64,000 nt of DNA from an uncultured Spirochaetota bacterium (GCA_963781885.1 CAWAHW010000001.1:384001-448000), one strand, 5' to 3'; positions 34,260 through 44,699 are shown, numbered from the stretch's first letter. Made by a program: numbers and translations. The notes: generated by a model from the letters alone, not told the origin.

Positions 34260-36464
34260 ATGCAGAACGGTCAACGGCCCGGCACGAGGACCCTGGCGGC
34301 GCGACTGCGCGGGTCGCCGGGCATCTACCTTCCCCTCGTCCTGATCGTCGCCTTCGGCGTTGTCGTTTCCCTCACGATCTTCTTCATTTTCCGAAACGGC
34401 GAAAAGGCGCGGCTGCAGACTGATTTCCAGGGTTTGGCGGAAGACCGCGCCCAGGCCATTCGCGCGGGGCTGGGCGAGGAATCGATCGAGCTGCAGCTCC
34501 TGGGCAGTTACGTGGCAGCGGCCGCCGAGCTCGCGGAGGGACGGACGGAATCGTTCGCCCAGGAGTTTGCGCGTTTTGCCAAGCCGATCCCCGGTCTCGA
34601 GCCCGACGGCCAGGTGCTCTTCTTTGTGCCTCAGGTGCCGCTTGCGGAGCGCGCTGCCTTTGAGAAGCTCTGGAGCCAGCAAATGGCGCTCGGCTTCATC
34701 ATCCGCGACCAGTCGTCGGTCGGCGAGCTGGTGCCCGCCGCGTCGCGTTCCGCCTATTTCCCCGTGAGCGTCGTCGCGCCTTCGGAGTTCACGGATGCGA
34801 TGCTCGGTTTCGATCTCGGGAACGTTCCCGTTCTGCAGAAGGCGATCGCGCGCGCCCTGACGACCGCCCGGGAATCGATGAGCACGCGTATGGGTCTTCC
34901 TCCCACTCCGGCGGACGTCCAGTATGTCTGGCACTTTCTCCCCGTCACGCGCACAACGTCCATTCCCGGGACCCCGGCGCCGCGCGGCGAGCTTGTCGGC
35001 CTGGTCGGGTCGGCGTTCCGTATCGATCAGCTCGTCGAGCTGTCCCTGCGCAACCTGAGCCCCGCCGGCATCGACCTCGAGCTCACCGATCCGGCGGCGC
35101 CGCTGGATGCGCGCGTGGTGTACTACCACAAGTCGCGCATCCCCAACTATGAGACCGCTGGCGTCGACCAGAAGGCGCTGAGTTGGAGCACGACATTCGA
35201 CGCGGGAGGCCGGTCCTGGACTCTCAAGGCCTATGCGACCCGTGATTTCATCCGGCGTCACGACTCGTTCCTCTCCTGGATCCTTATGGGCGCGGGTCTC
35301 GTGCTCACGATTTTCGCCTGCATCTTCTTTGCCGGCCGCATCCAGCGGGCAGCCCGCATCGAAGGCCTTGTCGAGGCGCGGACGACGGAGCTGGAGCGGC
35401 AGATGGAGAAGCAGGAGAAGCTTGCCGCCGAGCTTGCAGAATCCCGCTCCAACCTCACCGGTCAGGTGGAACGGCTCAACCAGCGCACGCGCGACATTCA
35501 GCTCCTGAACGATCTGGGCGATACGCTCCAGTCCTGCGTGAACACGGATGAGGCATTCCCCGTCATCTCCGCCTACCTGCCGCGGCTCCTGCCGGTCTCT
35601 TCGGGCGCGCTCTACATGCACGACCCTGCGAGCGAGACGTACACCGGCATGGCGGAGTGGGGCGACGCTCCCCCCCGCGAGCAGGCATTCCTTGCCCAGG
35701 ACTGCTGGGCCCTGCGCCTGGGACGCCCGCACGTGGTGACGCAGGCCACGGTCGCCGTCCCCTGCCGACATGCACCGGACGCCGGTGAAGGCGGTGCGCT
35801 CTGCATCCCGCTCACGGCGAGCGGCAAGACGATAGGGCTTTTCCACGTCACCCGCTTCCCGGAGGAGTCCCACGCTTTCGCCCTTTCCGTTGCCGATCGG
35901 ATCGGGCTTTCGCTGTCCAACCTCATGCTGCGCTCCGACCTGCGGCAGCTTTCCATTCACGATCCTCTCACGGGGCTTTTCAACCGGCGCTACATGGAGG
36001 AGACGCTTGACCTTGAGACCCGGCGCGCCGTCCGCAAGGAGCAGTCCATCGGCGTGATCATGCTCGACATCGATCATTTCAAGTCCTTCAACGACAGGTT
36101 CGGGCATGCCGCGGGCGATGAGCTCCTGCGCGCACTCGCAACCCTCACCCTGGGGCACCTCCGCGCGGGCGACATCGCCTGTCGCTACGGCGGGGAGGAG
36201 TTTCTCCTCATCCTGCCCGAAGCAACCCTGGATGCGGCGATGCGGCGCGCGGAAGACCTGCGGCAGCGCGTGAAGTCACTGGAGGTGAAGTACCAAGAGA
36301 AGGCGCTGGGACCCGTGACGATCTCACTCGGCGTGGCGGTGTATCCCGATCACGGCAGGACGCGCGAGTTGCTGCAGGCAGCGGCGGACGCGGCCCTCTA
36401 TGCGGCAAAGGCGGGTGGACGGGATCGCGTCGTTGCCGCGCAGGCCGTGCCGCAGCCGGGGTAG
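34260..36464 (+). CDS. Diguanylate cyclase, CHASE-TM-GAF-GGDEF
   Basis: TM, CHASE-like (YFPV, LGFDL), DCWALRLG GAF, HDPLTGLFNRR, RAGD I-site, GGEEF. Confidence 0.92.
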   Translation: MQNGQRPGTRTLAARLRGSPGIYLPLVLIVAFGVVVSLTIFFIFRNGEKARLQTDFQGLAEDRAQAIRAGLGEESIELQLLGSYVAAAAELAEGRTESFAQEFARFAKPIPGLEPDGQVLFFVPQVPLAERAAFEKLWSQQMALGFIIRDQSSVGELVPAASRSAYFPVSVVAPSEFTDAMLGFDLGNVPVLQKAIARALTTARESMSTRMGLPPTPADVQYVWHFLPVTRTTSIPGTPAPRGELVGLVGSAFRIDQLVELSLRNLSPAGIDLELTDPAAPLDARVVYYHKSRIPNYETAGVDQKALSWSTTFDAGGRSWTLKAYATRDFIRRHDSFLSWILMGAGLVLTIFACIFFAGRIQRAARIEGLVEARTTELERQMEKQEKLAAELAESRSNLTGQVERLNQRTRDIQLLNDLGDTLQSCVNTDEAFPVISAYLPRLLPVSSGALYMHDPASETYTGMAEWGDAPPREQAFLAQDCWALRLGRPHVVTQATVAVPCRHAPDAGEGGALCIPLTASGKTIGLFHVTRFPEESHAFALSVADRIGLSLSNLMLRSDLRQLSIHDPLTGLFNRRYMEETLDLETRRAVRKEQSIGVIMLDIDHFKSFNDRFGHAAGDELLRALATLTLGHLRAGDIACRYGGEEFLLILPEATLDAAMRRAEDLRQRVKSLEVKYQEKALGPVTISLGVAVYPDHGRTRELLQAAADAALYAAKAGGRDRVVAAQAVPQPG

Positions 36465-36510
36465 GGATCGTGCCTATGAAAACGGCGCGGTCCCAGAACG
36501 GGCATGCCTT
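36462..36510 (-). pseudogene. Short diverged fragment of the 37939-38214 gene
   Basis: Encodes KACPFWDRAVFIGTI vs KTCPFWDRAVFLGMI; 25 bp identical (36482-36506 = 38102-38126). Confidence 0.6.
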
Positions 36511-36732
36511 CTCGGGAGGATGCGGAGACTCCGGCTCCTTGCAGAAATATCGGGGTCCCAAGCTGGCTTGACGAAAAGCCTCGGCGAAGTAGAATGCGGG
36601 CCGAAGTTGGGAAGATCCCAAAGGCTGGCACGTATCACGAAGCATTTGGGAAATCTCGGATAAAATCTCGCAGTGCGGGACCAAGCGACGGTCAACGTCT
36701 TCGGGCAACAAGTTTATTAGGGAGGTGTGTCT

Positions 36733-37534
36733 TTGAAAAAGAGCGGAAGATTGCTTTTCACCGCAGCAATGGTGGCTTCGATAGCGTTTACAGCGCTACT
36801 TTCAGGGTGCTCAGGAGCTTCTGGAAATGACACGTATGCCATCAGCGCTTCGGGCGGCATCGCTGTTTCGTCGGGGACAGTGACGAATAGCAGCGGCACG
36901 TGGACGTTTGATGCCGGCACGGTGCCGCAATACACGACGGAGACCGTTACTTTCACCGTAACAAACTCCGGCTCGGCAGATTTCACAGCAACCGGCTCGC
37001 AGAGCTTCACACCCAGCGCTGATTTCTCTGACAGTCTCAGCGGTGCCTTCACTGTCGCCGCGGACAAATCCAACACTTTCACGGCCAGTTTTGCCCCTAC
37101 TGCTAATACAGGCACAGTTGAAACGGGCACCTTGACACTCACACCCACAAGCGGAAGCGCGATTGTGATCAACCTGAAAGGCACTTCGGGAGATTCATTC
37201 CAAGTTATTGACTTTCAAGGCAACCAGGTCATTCCTGGTACTGCTGCTCTAGTTGGAGTGGGCGGCTATGCCACCACGTACACCATACAAAACATGAGTG
37301 CAACTGCAACGATTACCCTAACCGGTAGCCCGTATGTATCAATCTCGGGCTCTGGCTTCTCAATTTACACAGCCTTCATCCGCCACCATCCTTGCAACCG
37401 GTAGTGAAACTTTCGATATTGGCGATTCAAACACAAATCCGGGCAATACAGCCACCGTTACCATCCAGGGCACAGACTCCACTACAGGCGCGCCGTTTGT
37501 ATTTACGGGATCAATTGTGGATTCGCCCTTTTGA
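36733..37534 (+). CDS. Ser/Thr/Gly-rich lipoprotein with Ig-like (choice-of-anchor D-like) domains; frameshift near 37362
   Basis: GGAGG RBS, LLSGC lipobox, FTVTNSGS...FAPT...GTLTL; C-terminus in ORF 37334-37534; lower GC. Confidence 0.65.
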
Positions 37535-37938
37535 TGGCCAATTAGGCTTCAGGAGTCCGAGAAAAGTCAAAGGGGGCGGCTTGCACGATTGAAGCTGCCC
37601 CTCCGCCGACGGCCAGTATGTCATGGCTTTACAGTATTCTGCGTACCTTATACCCATGCTCGGGTTTCCGCAGCGTAGCTTTCGCTGCCGTTCCGCATGT
37701 TCGCGAAAGATGGGATGCCATAATAGGCGGCAGTAAGCTGGATGCCTCTTCTCTCATCTCCCTATAAGCGCTCTGGTCAATAGCTGCTTGTATGCTCTCC
37801 GGGGTCCCGGTCCGCACAAGATCAGATTATTCCATGCTCCGCGCAACATTTTGCCTTTTCAAATGGGGAATGCAGGGTAAACAGCACGAGACCGCACTCA
37901 CGTGGCCCGAATCGCGCGTCCCGGCGCCGCGGCCCTGG

Positions 37939-38214
37939 CTAATCCTCGATCACGCTGATTTTTGAGCGCAGATTCCAGCGCACGTAGGGGCGGAGCGCTT
38001 CGATCTGCGACCTGTTCACGTAATAGATTCTTCCGTCGTACTTGACGATGCCTCCGTCATAGTTCGCGACGGGCGTCTTATAGGAGATCATTCCCAAGAA
38101 GACGGCGCGGTCCCAGAACGGGCATGTTTTCAGCTGCGGGATCTTCCGAAGATTGCTCGCCTTGATGGTTTCCTTGGAGACGGAGTTCTTCAACACATCC
38201 TGCCATTTGGGCAT
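37939..38214 (-). CDS. Small basic hypothetical protein
   Basis: MPKWQDVLKNSVSKETIK...; TACAAT -10 element upstream. Confidence 0.65.
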   Translation of the reverse strand: MPKWQDVLKNSVSKETIKASNLRKIPQLKTCPFWDRAVFLGMISYKTPVANYDGGIVKYDGRIYYVNRSQIEALRPYVRWNLRSKISVIED

Positions 38215-38273
38215 TTCGATGTCATTGTAGCGTAGCGGGGGGCCCTCTTCAACAGGCTGGAGGCATTCTCCCG

Positions 38274-39110
38274 CTATTCGGCCGGCGGGACGTCCTGCTC
38301 TTTCGCTGCGGGAGGCGGGGGCGCGCAGGGCTCGCGAACGCGCTCGATGGAGACGGCCTTGCCTGCGTCGTCGATCTCGACGACCACCCCCTGCAGCTCC
38401 AGCATCGCCCATGCTTCCTTCGAATACTCGTGCACGAGGGTCGTCAGCTTGCGAATCTCGATCTCAGGATCCAGCCCTGCCACCGATCCGAGGCTGCCGG
38501 TCCTTCCGGCATCCGTAATGACCGCGGTGCCGCCCGCCATGACATGGTCATCGGCCGTGAGCGCCTTTGTATGCGTACCGATCACGGCGGAGACCTTGCC
38601 GTCCGCCATGGCGAACATCGTCGCTTTCTCCGCTGTGGTGACCGCGTGGAAATCGAGTATCACGCTCGTTGTCTCGGGGTGGATGGATTCCAGCAGTTTC
38701 GAAAGCAGGCTGAAGGGGTTCTTCAAGTGCACCCTCTTGAAACCGGCGATTCCCAGGAGGCTCATGACCGCGATCTTGCGGCCGTTTTTCTCGAAGATCA
38801 TGAAGCCACGACCCGGGTTGCGCGGCGGATAGTTCGCAGGTCTCACCATGTACGGGGCGTGGTTGAAGTGTTCGACGATGTCTTTCTTATAGTAGGAACA
38901 TTCGCCGGTCGTGATGGCATCGATGCCCAGCTTGTGCAGGTACACGGCGTGATTCTTGCCGATGCCGAATCCGCCGGTTGCCCCTTCTCCATCGGCCACG
39001 ACGAAGTCGATGCGTTTTTCCTGCCGGATTTTCGGGAGCAGCTCCTTCACCACCCACACCCCCGACTTTCCGACGATCTCACCGATGAAGAGGACGCGCA
39101 GGGGTGCCAT
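38274..39110 (-). CDS. ymdB: YmdB/TIGR00282 metallophosphoesterase
   Basis: RVLFIGEIVG, RPANYP, DFHAVTTAEK, VIGTHT, ITDAGRTG; some metal ligands look substituted. Confidence 0.85.
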   Translation of the reverse strand: MAPLRVLFIGEIVGKSGVWVVKELLPKIRQEKRIDFVVADGEGATGGFGIGKNHAVYLHKLGIDAITTGECSYYKKDIVEHFNHAPYMVRPANYPPRNPGRGFMIFEKNGRKIAVMSLLGIAGFKRVHLKNPFSLLSKLLESIHPETTSVILDFHAVTTAEKATMFAMADGKVSAVIGTHTKALTADDHVMAGGTAVITDAGRTGSLGSVAGLDPEIEIRKLTTLVHEYSKEAWAMLELQGVVVEIDDAGKAVSIERVREPCAPPPPAAKEQDVPPAE

Positions 39111-39138
39111 CACACGAGGATAGCGGCCGGAGCCATCC

Positions 39139-39167
39139 TTGACAAGTTGAACCCCGGTTGCTACGGT
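39139..39167 (+). promoter_or_regulatory. sigma70 promoter of tRNA-Leu
   Basis: TTGACA-N17-TACGGT with extended TG. Confidence 0.65.
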
Positions 39168-39176
39168 TTCTCCTGC

Positions 39177-39261
39177 GCCCGGATGGTGAAATTTGGTAGA
39201 CACGCTAGATTCAGGGTCTAGTGCCAGCAATGGTGTGGAGGTTCAAGTCCTCTTCCGGGCA
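39177..39261 (+). tRNA. tRNA-Leu (anticodon CAG), integration target
   Basis: GCCCGGA/TCCGGGC acceptor, CTAGA-TTCAGGG-TCTAG anticodon arm, long variable arm, GGTTCAAGTCC T-arm. Confidence 0.96.
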
Positions 39262-39263
39262 AA
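39210..39263 (+). repeat. attL core (3' half of tRNA-Leu)
   Basis: TTCAGGGTCTAGTGCC...CCGGGCAAA, identical to 52935-52988. Confidence 0.93.
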
Positions 39264-39327
39264 CGTAACTTCTTAATTTCAAACAAGTTAACGGAACACC
39301 GGAAACTCCACCGGTTTACAGAAACCG

Positions 39328-39351
39328 GGTCTTTGGTTTATCCTTTGGTTT
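39328..39351 (+). promoter_or_regulatory. Putative integrase arm-type sites, left end
   Basis: Tandem CTTTGGTTT with 12-bp period; same motif at 52791-52815. Confidence 0.6.
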
Positions 39352-39380
39352 TCAAGAGTGAGACCGAAGGAGGCCGGGTC

Positions 39381-40565
39381 ATGCCGAGACCTAAGAAGCC
39401 CTTCCAAGTTCTCCGCCGCCGAGTGAAGTCGAAATATGTCTTCTACGTCTCTTTTCGACTCACGGACGGCACCGTGACTTCGCCGCGCTCCAGTGGCCAA
39501 AGGTCGCGCGGCGCAGCCGAGACGTGGGCCGTGGAGCAGATCAACGAGGGTAGGATCCCTGTCCCGAAGGCGCAGCCCGGGAACGTCCGCGAGGAACTCG
39601 TCGCGTTCCTCACCGACTTCTGGAACTACGACAAGTCCAAGTACGTTCGGGGCAAGTTGGCCCGGGGCGGGACAATTGGAAAAGCCTACTGCCGGACCAT
39701 GGGCTACATGATCGGCAAGCACGTGAAGCCCTACTTCGAGGGCCGGAGGATTCGCACTCTCACCGCCGAGGAGTTCGACGAGTGGATGAACGACCTCGCC
39801 GCAGACGATGTACTACCAGGGCAGATCAACCTGGCGCGGACGTGCATCAACGTCGCCCTGAACCAGCTAGTGATCATGCGGCGACTCCCTTGGAATCCAC
39901 TCTCTGCGGTGAAGCCCTACAAGGAGGTGCACGGTAAGCGGGGCACCCTCAGCGTTGAAGAGTTTCGGATGCTCCTGGACCTCGACGGCCTCGACCCCCG
40001 TGTCTACGTCGCCATCGCTCTCGGTGGCCTATGCGGAATGCGCATGGGCGAGATACGCGGGCTGCGCTGGGCCGACGTGGACACGGCCGCGGAAGTGCTG
40101 CACATCCACACGAGCTACGTGGAGGTCGACGGCGAGCGCGACCAGGCCAAGCACGGGAGCAGCCGCGACGTGCCGGTCCCGTCCGCCGTGAGCGAAGCGT
40201 TGGGCGGCTGGCGGAGCGAGTCTCCGGCCATTCGGCCCGAGGACTGGGTCGTCTGCGACATAGAGCAGCCGGACAGGCCCATGCTTGCCGACCCGATCCG
40301 CGTGGCCTTTTACGAGGCGTTGGAGCGCATAGAGATCAAGAACCGCGAGGAGCGGAAGATTGTCTTCCATAGCTTGAGGCACTGGTATAACACGCAACTT
40401 CGTGGCTCGATCCCAGAGAACGTGCTCCGCCGGTTCACCGGCCACCATAGCGAGGAGATGACCGACTTGTACGACGCGGGGAAGGAGATCGACTTCCGGA
40501 AGGCGCGAGCGAGGTTGGAGGAGCTGACGAGGCCGGGGGAGGCTAAGAAGACTTCGAAGACCTGA
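39381..40565 (+). CDS. Tyrosine integrase
   Basis: AAGGAGG RBS; GMRMGEIRGLRW, FHSLRH, TGHHSEEMTDLY catalytic motifs. Confidence 0.95.
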   Translation: MPRPKKPFQVLRRRVKSKYVFYVSFRLTDGTVTSPRSSGQRSRGAAETWAVEQINEGRIPVPKAQPGNVREELVAFLTDFWNYDKSKYVRGKLARGGTIGKAYCRTMGYMIGKHVKPYFEGRRIRTLTAEEFDEWMNDLAADDVLPGQINLARTCINVALNQLVIMRRLPWNPLSAVKPYKEVHGKRGTLSVEEFRMLLDLDGLDPRVYVAIALGGLCGMRMGEIRGLRWADVDTAAEVLHIHTSYVEVDGERDQAKHGSSRDVPVPSAVSEALGGWRSESPAIRPEDWVVCDIEQPDRPMLADPIRVAFYEALERIEIKNREERKIVFHSLRHWYNTQLRGSIPENVLRRFTGHHSEEMTDLYDAGKEIDFRKARARLEELTRPGEAKKTSKT

Positions 40566-40567
40566 CC

Positions 40568-41326
40568 TTAACCCTTACTCGGGTCCAAACGCAAACGAAC
40601 GGGCTCGATAGGGTCGTCCGGGAGTCGATATGCCTTGAATACGTGTTCACGACCTGCATTCGGGTTGGTAACAAGCTTCGTGGTGAGCTTGTTCGTCCGA
40701 AGGTCAAAACTGTAAGCGATGGCAACTTCCTCAACCTCACGCCGAACAAGGACTCCTACTTCTTTGAGATCACGCTCGGCTGGCTCATCTTCTGGCAGAA
40801 TAATGCTGCGACGATGAGCGGTCCCTTCGGCAAGCGCGAACGGCGTCGGAGCTACGTACATCTTCCGATCCCTCACAAGTATGTCACCGTAGCTCCCGAA
40901 CCCACGAAAACTCTTGTTCTCGTGGACATATGCGTTGTCGGCGTTCAGAAAACTACCATGGCAGATAACGAAGTCGAGTACTGGATACCTGTTGCCGTCC
41001 GGTTCATCGGGATAGCGTCCAAACACATAGTAGACTTGTCTACCGTTGTGTTCGCCAGAAGGTACTTGACTGTTGCAGTCATAGTCAGCTTCTCGCCCTG
41101 GGTAGGCAAGCGCCTTGAGTTCATAGCCTTCTGAGAATTGAACGAGCCTAAAATCTGGATAAGTGTTCCGGCCGGGCGAGTCATACTTCAATCCGAGTTT
41201 GTCTAGTCGTTTCCGAAACCAGTTCTGGAAATGGAACTCCTTATCTCCACGGCCCTCGCGTTCGATCAACTCGCCCGCAATGATCGCTTGCGCACATACT
41301 TTGAAAATTAAGCACGCCTGGGACAC
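40568..41326 (-). CDS. Putative type II restriction endonuclease, PD-(D/E)xK (NgoPII-like motif layout)
   Basis: GRNTYPDF...GYELK...CNSQVP; directly downstream of a DNA methyltransferase. Confidence 0.6.
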   Translation of the reverse strand: MSQACLIFKVCAQAIIAGELIEREGRGDKEFHFQNWFRKRLDKLGLKYDSPGRNTYPDFRLVQFSEGYELKALAYPGREADYDCNSQVPSGEHNGRQVYYVFGRYPDEPDGNRYPVLDFVICHGSFLNADNAYVHENKSFRGFGSYGDILVRDRKMYVAPTPFALAEGTAHRRSIILPEDEPAERDLKEVGVLVRREVEEVAIAYSFDLRTNKLTTKLVTNPNAGREHVFKAYRLPDDPIEPVRLRLDPSKG

Positions 41327-41361
41327 GAGACCCCCCGTCCATTCGATTCTTCAAGCGCAGA

Positions 41362-43629
41362 CTACCGCGCTCGCAGGGGTTCACCATACAACTTTTCAAT
41401 CGAATCTGCAATTTCAGTCTCAAAGCTGTCGAGCGTTTGCGCGGCAGTCTCGACGGACTCGCAAGCGGAGAGGTACATCAGGGTTTGTGCCATGACGACA
41501 ACGCGAACGTCGTTCCTGCTAAGCCTCCGATCTGATCGGCGAAGACGTTCTACCTGATCCGCGGCTCTTGAGACAGCCTGCTCTTGGAGGCTTTGGTCCC
41601 AACACCTAAGGTCCGTCTGCGACCGCTTTCTACACACTATGATGATGTCTATATCAATCGGCTCTTTCGCCAGATGCTTGGGCATGGCAACGGACATCTC
41701 AGACTTGATTGGATGAGCTGCAGTGATAACGAATCCTCCCTCCATGATCGCTGTGAGGACGGATCGCCAACCATCGGGTCTTGAGTGGTGGTAAGTGAAG
41801 ATCAAGACGCCATTATCCTTTAGAACACGATGACATTCCTTCCACACTGCTGTGAGTCGGCTCGTGAATATCGCGGCATCTTCGTTCTGCACCTCGCTTT
41901 CTAAGCGCGTGGAACTGTCGACCATGTGACCATTGGCACCGGAAATGTGTCGCTGCCAGACATGGAAGAAGTCGGCAAGTTGCGAGTAGTGAACATTGTC
42001 GAAAAAAGGGGGATCCGTGACTACTGCGTCGACGGATTTCTCCGCTATTTCGGTCTGGCTGGAGTCCCCGCAAGACAGATATACGCGCCCGCCTGATTCA
42101 AATGCACGGTATTCCTCTTCGATAGGAAAACCGATCTTTTCGGACAACCCGAAGACTTTCCTGCTGCCGTGCTTCTGAGCTACGCCATCCACAACTATTT
42201 CAAATGGGTTCTCCGCATATCTCATCGCTCGTCGGATTCTTCCCTCGAACAGAGTGGAAAACGAGCCCGAACTCTTGGGCGTTCCCCAGAGATTTGCCTC
42301 AAGCGGAACGCGCTCCGGCTTCAAAATGTGATGAGCAAACATGTGTCGGACAGCGCCAGTGCCTTCGCCTTTGTAGGACGCGAACATATTGTTGAACTCA
42401 AGCACGCCCGACAACAGACAAACGAACAAATCCCGCATCGCTGGCTCAGGAATTGCCCTGATTCTATCCGCCAAGATCGAGATACACAGAAGTTGCCGCG
42501 CATTGAACATTTCGTGCCAAAAGCGATAGTTGTACCCAAGGGCTTGGTTCGTATTGTACCCTGGAGCAATAGCGACTATCGGATAAGCGTCCTTCCTTTT
42601 TTTCAGTTCCTCTTCCGCCTCTGCGTACAGCAACGAGTCTTCTCCTGTAGCTTGGAGGTACATTTTCGATCCGTTTGGCATAAGAACAAGTTTGGCGAAC
42701 AAACGATGTCGCGGGACATGACCGTTGTTGCGAACCGTTCGCGCGATTTGAAAGACTCCATGACAGGAGGGACAAGTCGCTAGCTGTCCGGCCACGGGGC
42801 CATGCTGCGGATTGAATGAAACGGCGCATCTTGAGCAGGCTGCCTCTGTGGAATCGAAGTTCACCCGATTGACGGCTCCGCAGTTCGGGCAAAGTGCCTG
42901 CGCGTCGGGATATCTCCTTGGGTAAGCGTGCTGCGCAAAAACGTATGAAGAGAATAGATCAACGGAGTAAGAGCACAGTGGGCAGTCAATGGTTTTGACC
43001 CAAAAGAAGTAAAGAACATCGACTTTTTGGCCAGTTGGCAGTTTGGACTTGTAGTAGCGTCCGATCTGATCCGCCACTGCTTCTTCTATCTCGAGAAATG
43101 TCGCCGTGATTCGGGAGCTGTCGTGAATCGAGAGTGCGTTGCGCACCATGAAGAAGGAGACAGGATTGATATCTCGTCCGATCACACGCATTCCAAGCTT
43201 TAGTGCCTCAACAAGAGTAGTCCCACTACCCATGAACGGATCGAAGATGACAGCCTGTTTGGTGCTAGTTGCAGAGTAGAAAAGCTTGAGAATATCAGCG
43301 CCTTTGGGAGCGAACGTGGCAACCAAGATAGCCCTGAAGACCGTCCCGAGACGCTGCGCCCACCATTTGTGAATATGAGAAAGCGGCCGGTTGATCTCCT
43401 TACGCCAGCTCTCGATCTCTGCGATCTGACTCAATGCGTCAAATGGGAACGAGATTTCCTCAATCGCAGGAGCCTTGGGCGCAAAAGGAAGTTGCAAGAG
43501 GTCCTCGTCAGTGATCAAGTCTGGCTGTATAGGGCTTGCCAATTTGTAACCGACTCTCCTTTTATTCAAGATACAACGGGCACGAGTGTCTCTGCGCTTG
43601 AGTATCCCAGTTTCGACTATGAGGTTCAA
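41362..43629 (-). CDS. Amino-DNA methyltransferase with DUF1156-like N-terminus and Zn ribbons (true start may be TTG 43542)
   Basis: HKWWAQR, DPFMGSGTT (motif I), TDPPFFDN (motif IV), four CxxC. Confidence 0.85.
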   Translation of the reverse strand: MNLIVETGILKRRDTRARCILNKRRVGYKLASPIQPDLITDEDLLQLPFAPKAPAIEEISFPFDALSQIAEIESWRKEINRPLSHIHKWWAQRLGTVFRAILVATFAPKGADILKLFYSATSTKQAVIFDPFMGSGTTLVEALKLGMRVIGRDINPVSFFMVRNALSIHDSSRITATFLEIEEAVADQIGRYYKSKLPTGQKVDVLYFFWVKTIDCPLCSYSVDLFSSYVFAQHAYPRRYPDAQALCPNCGAVNRVNFDSTEAACSRCAVSFNPQHGPVAGQLATCPSCHGVFQIARTVRNNGHVPRHRLFAKLVLMPNGSKMYLQATGEDSLLYAEAEEELKKRKDAYPIVAIAPGYNTNQALGYNYRFWHEMFNARQLLCISILADRIRAIPEPAMRDLFVCLLSGVLEFNNMFASYKGEGTGAVRHMFAHHILKPERVPLEANLWGTPKSSGSFSTLFEGRIRRAMRYAENPFEIVVDGVAQKHGSRKVFGLSEKIGFPIEEEYRAFESGGRVYLSCGDSSQTEIAEKSVDAVVTDPPFFDNVHYSQLADFFHVWQRHISGANGHMVDSSTRLESEVQNEDAAIFTSRLTAVWKECHRVLKDNGVLIFTYHHSRPDGWRSVLTAIMEGGFVITAAHPIKSEMSVAMPKHLAKEPIDIDIIIVCRKRSQTDLRCWDQSLQEQAVSRAADQVERLRRSDRRLSRNDVRVVVMAQTLMYLSACESVETAAQTLDSFETEIADSIEKLYGEPLRAR

Positions 43630-43782
43630 TCGCGACTGTCGTCACCTGATTGAAGGGCTCCGCTACTCGAAGCTTCTCTCGAAGCCGTAGGTGTTGACGA
43701 TCAACTCATATGCCTGGTTGAACGTCCGCCCGCACTCCCGTGTTGTCAGTAGCTCGTCGAGGGTCTTCTGTTGTTCAAGTGA

Positions 43783-44184
43783 TCATTCCGGATTTGCATT
43801 CGTGTCTTTCTGCAATGCCGGCCTGACTATAAGGAATGCATAGACCAACTGCATGTCCAGGTTTGCCTTGTCTGCATAAAATGTATCAATGGCCTTGATC
43901 ATCTTCGTGAGACTGATCTTGAAGCCTAAGAAGTTATTCCAGAATTCCTTCTCGCGCGTGGTCTCGTGATCTCGGGCTATTTCATTGGAGCTAAACATCT
44001 CAGCATAAGCAAGTTCAGCTCCTATGACATAGCACGCTTTTTCTTCCTTGCTCCAATTCAACCACTCTGAACCCGCGAAATCTCCGCCATCGTCCATCCA
44101 ACGAAGAGCAGAAATGCTGCTTTGAGCAAATCCCATTATTCCCACAAACAGAAAGAAGACAATAAGCCGACACCTTCTCTTCAT
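43783..44184 (-). CDS. Secreted hypothetical protein
   Basis: AGGAGG RBS; signal peptide MKRRCRLIVFFLFVGIMGFAQ. Confidence 0.65.
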   Translation of the reverse strand: MKRRCRLIVFFLFVGIMGFAQSSISALRWMDDGGDFAGSEWLNWSKEEKACYVIGAELAYAEMFSSNEIARDHETTREKEFWNNFLGFKISLTKMIKAIDTFYADKANLDMQLVYAFLIVRPALQKDTNANPE

Positions 44185-44302
44185 TTCGCTTCCTCCTTTC
44201 CTCGCACTCATTTCGTATCGTCAATTAGACAATCTGATTATACAGCCCTTTGCCGATAATGCCTATGACCCTTTTTCGCTAAGCTGTAAACGGGTACAGC
44301 TT

Positions 44303-44653
44303 ATGGTTGATAAGAAACGGGCACGAAAACCGGCCAGGATCCAGGAGCTACTCGCCCGGAACATCAAAGAGGCGAGGGGCCGCTTGAAGTTGACTCAAGA
44401 GATGCTAGCCGAGAGGACCGGCCTCACCACCTCGTTCATTGGGGAGGTGGAAATTTGCAGGAAGTACCCTCGTCCGCAGACACTTCAGAAGGTTGCGGAC
44501 GCCCTTGGGCTTAAGCCGTACCAGCTATTCGTGGAAACGGAATCGAGCAAGGAACTTGAGAAGCACAAGCTTTTGGCAAGAATCCTTTTGGAGCTGAAGG
44601 GCAACATCAACCGGGAACTCGAGGCGACTTTGATGAGGCACGGCAGAGGATGA
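44303..44653 (+). CDS. XRE-family HTH regulator
   Basis: NIKEAR...LTQEMLAERTGLT...IGEVEICRKYP. Confidence 0.88.
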   Translation: MVDKKRARKPARIQELLARNIKEARGRLKLTQEMLAERTGLTTSFIGEVEICRKYPRPQTLQKVADALGLKPYQLFVETESSKELEKHKLLARILLELKGNINRELEATLMRHGRG

Positions 44654-44699
44654 TCTCCTTCTGCGGCATCTCTTGATGATGAGCGCAGTGTAAGTCCTA

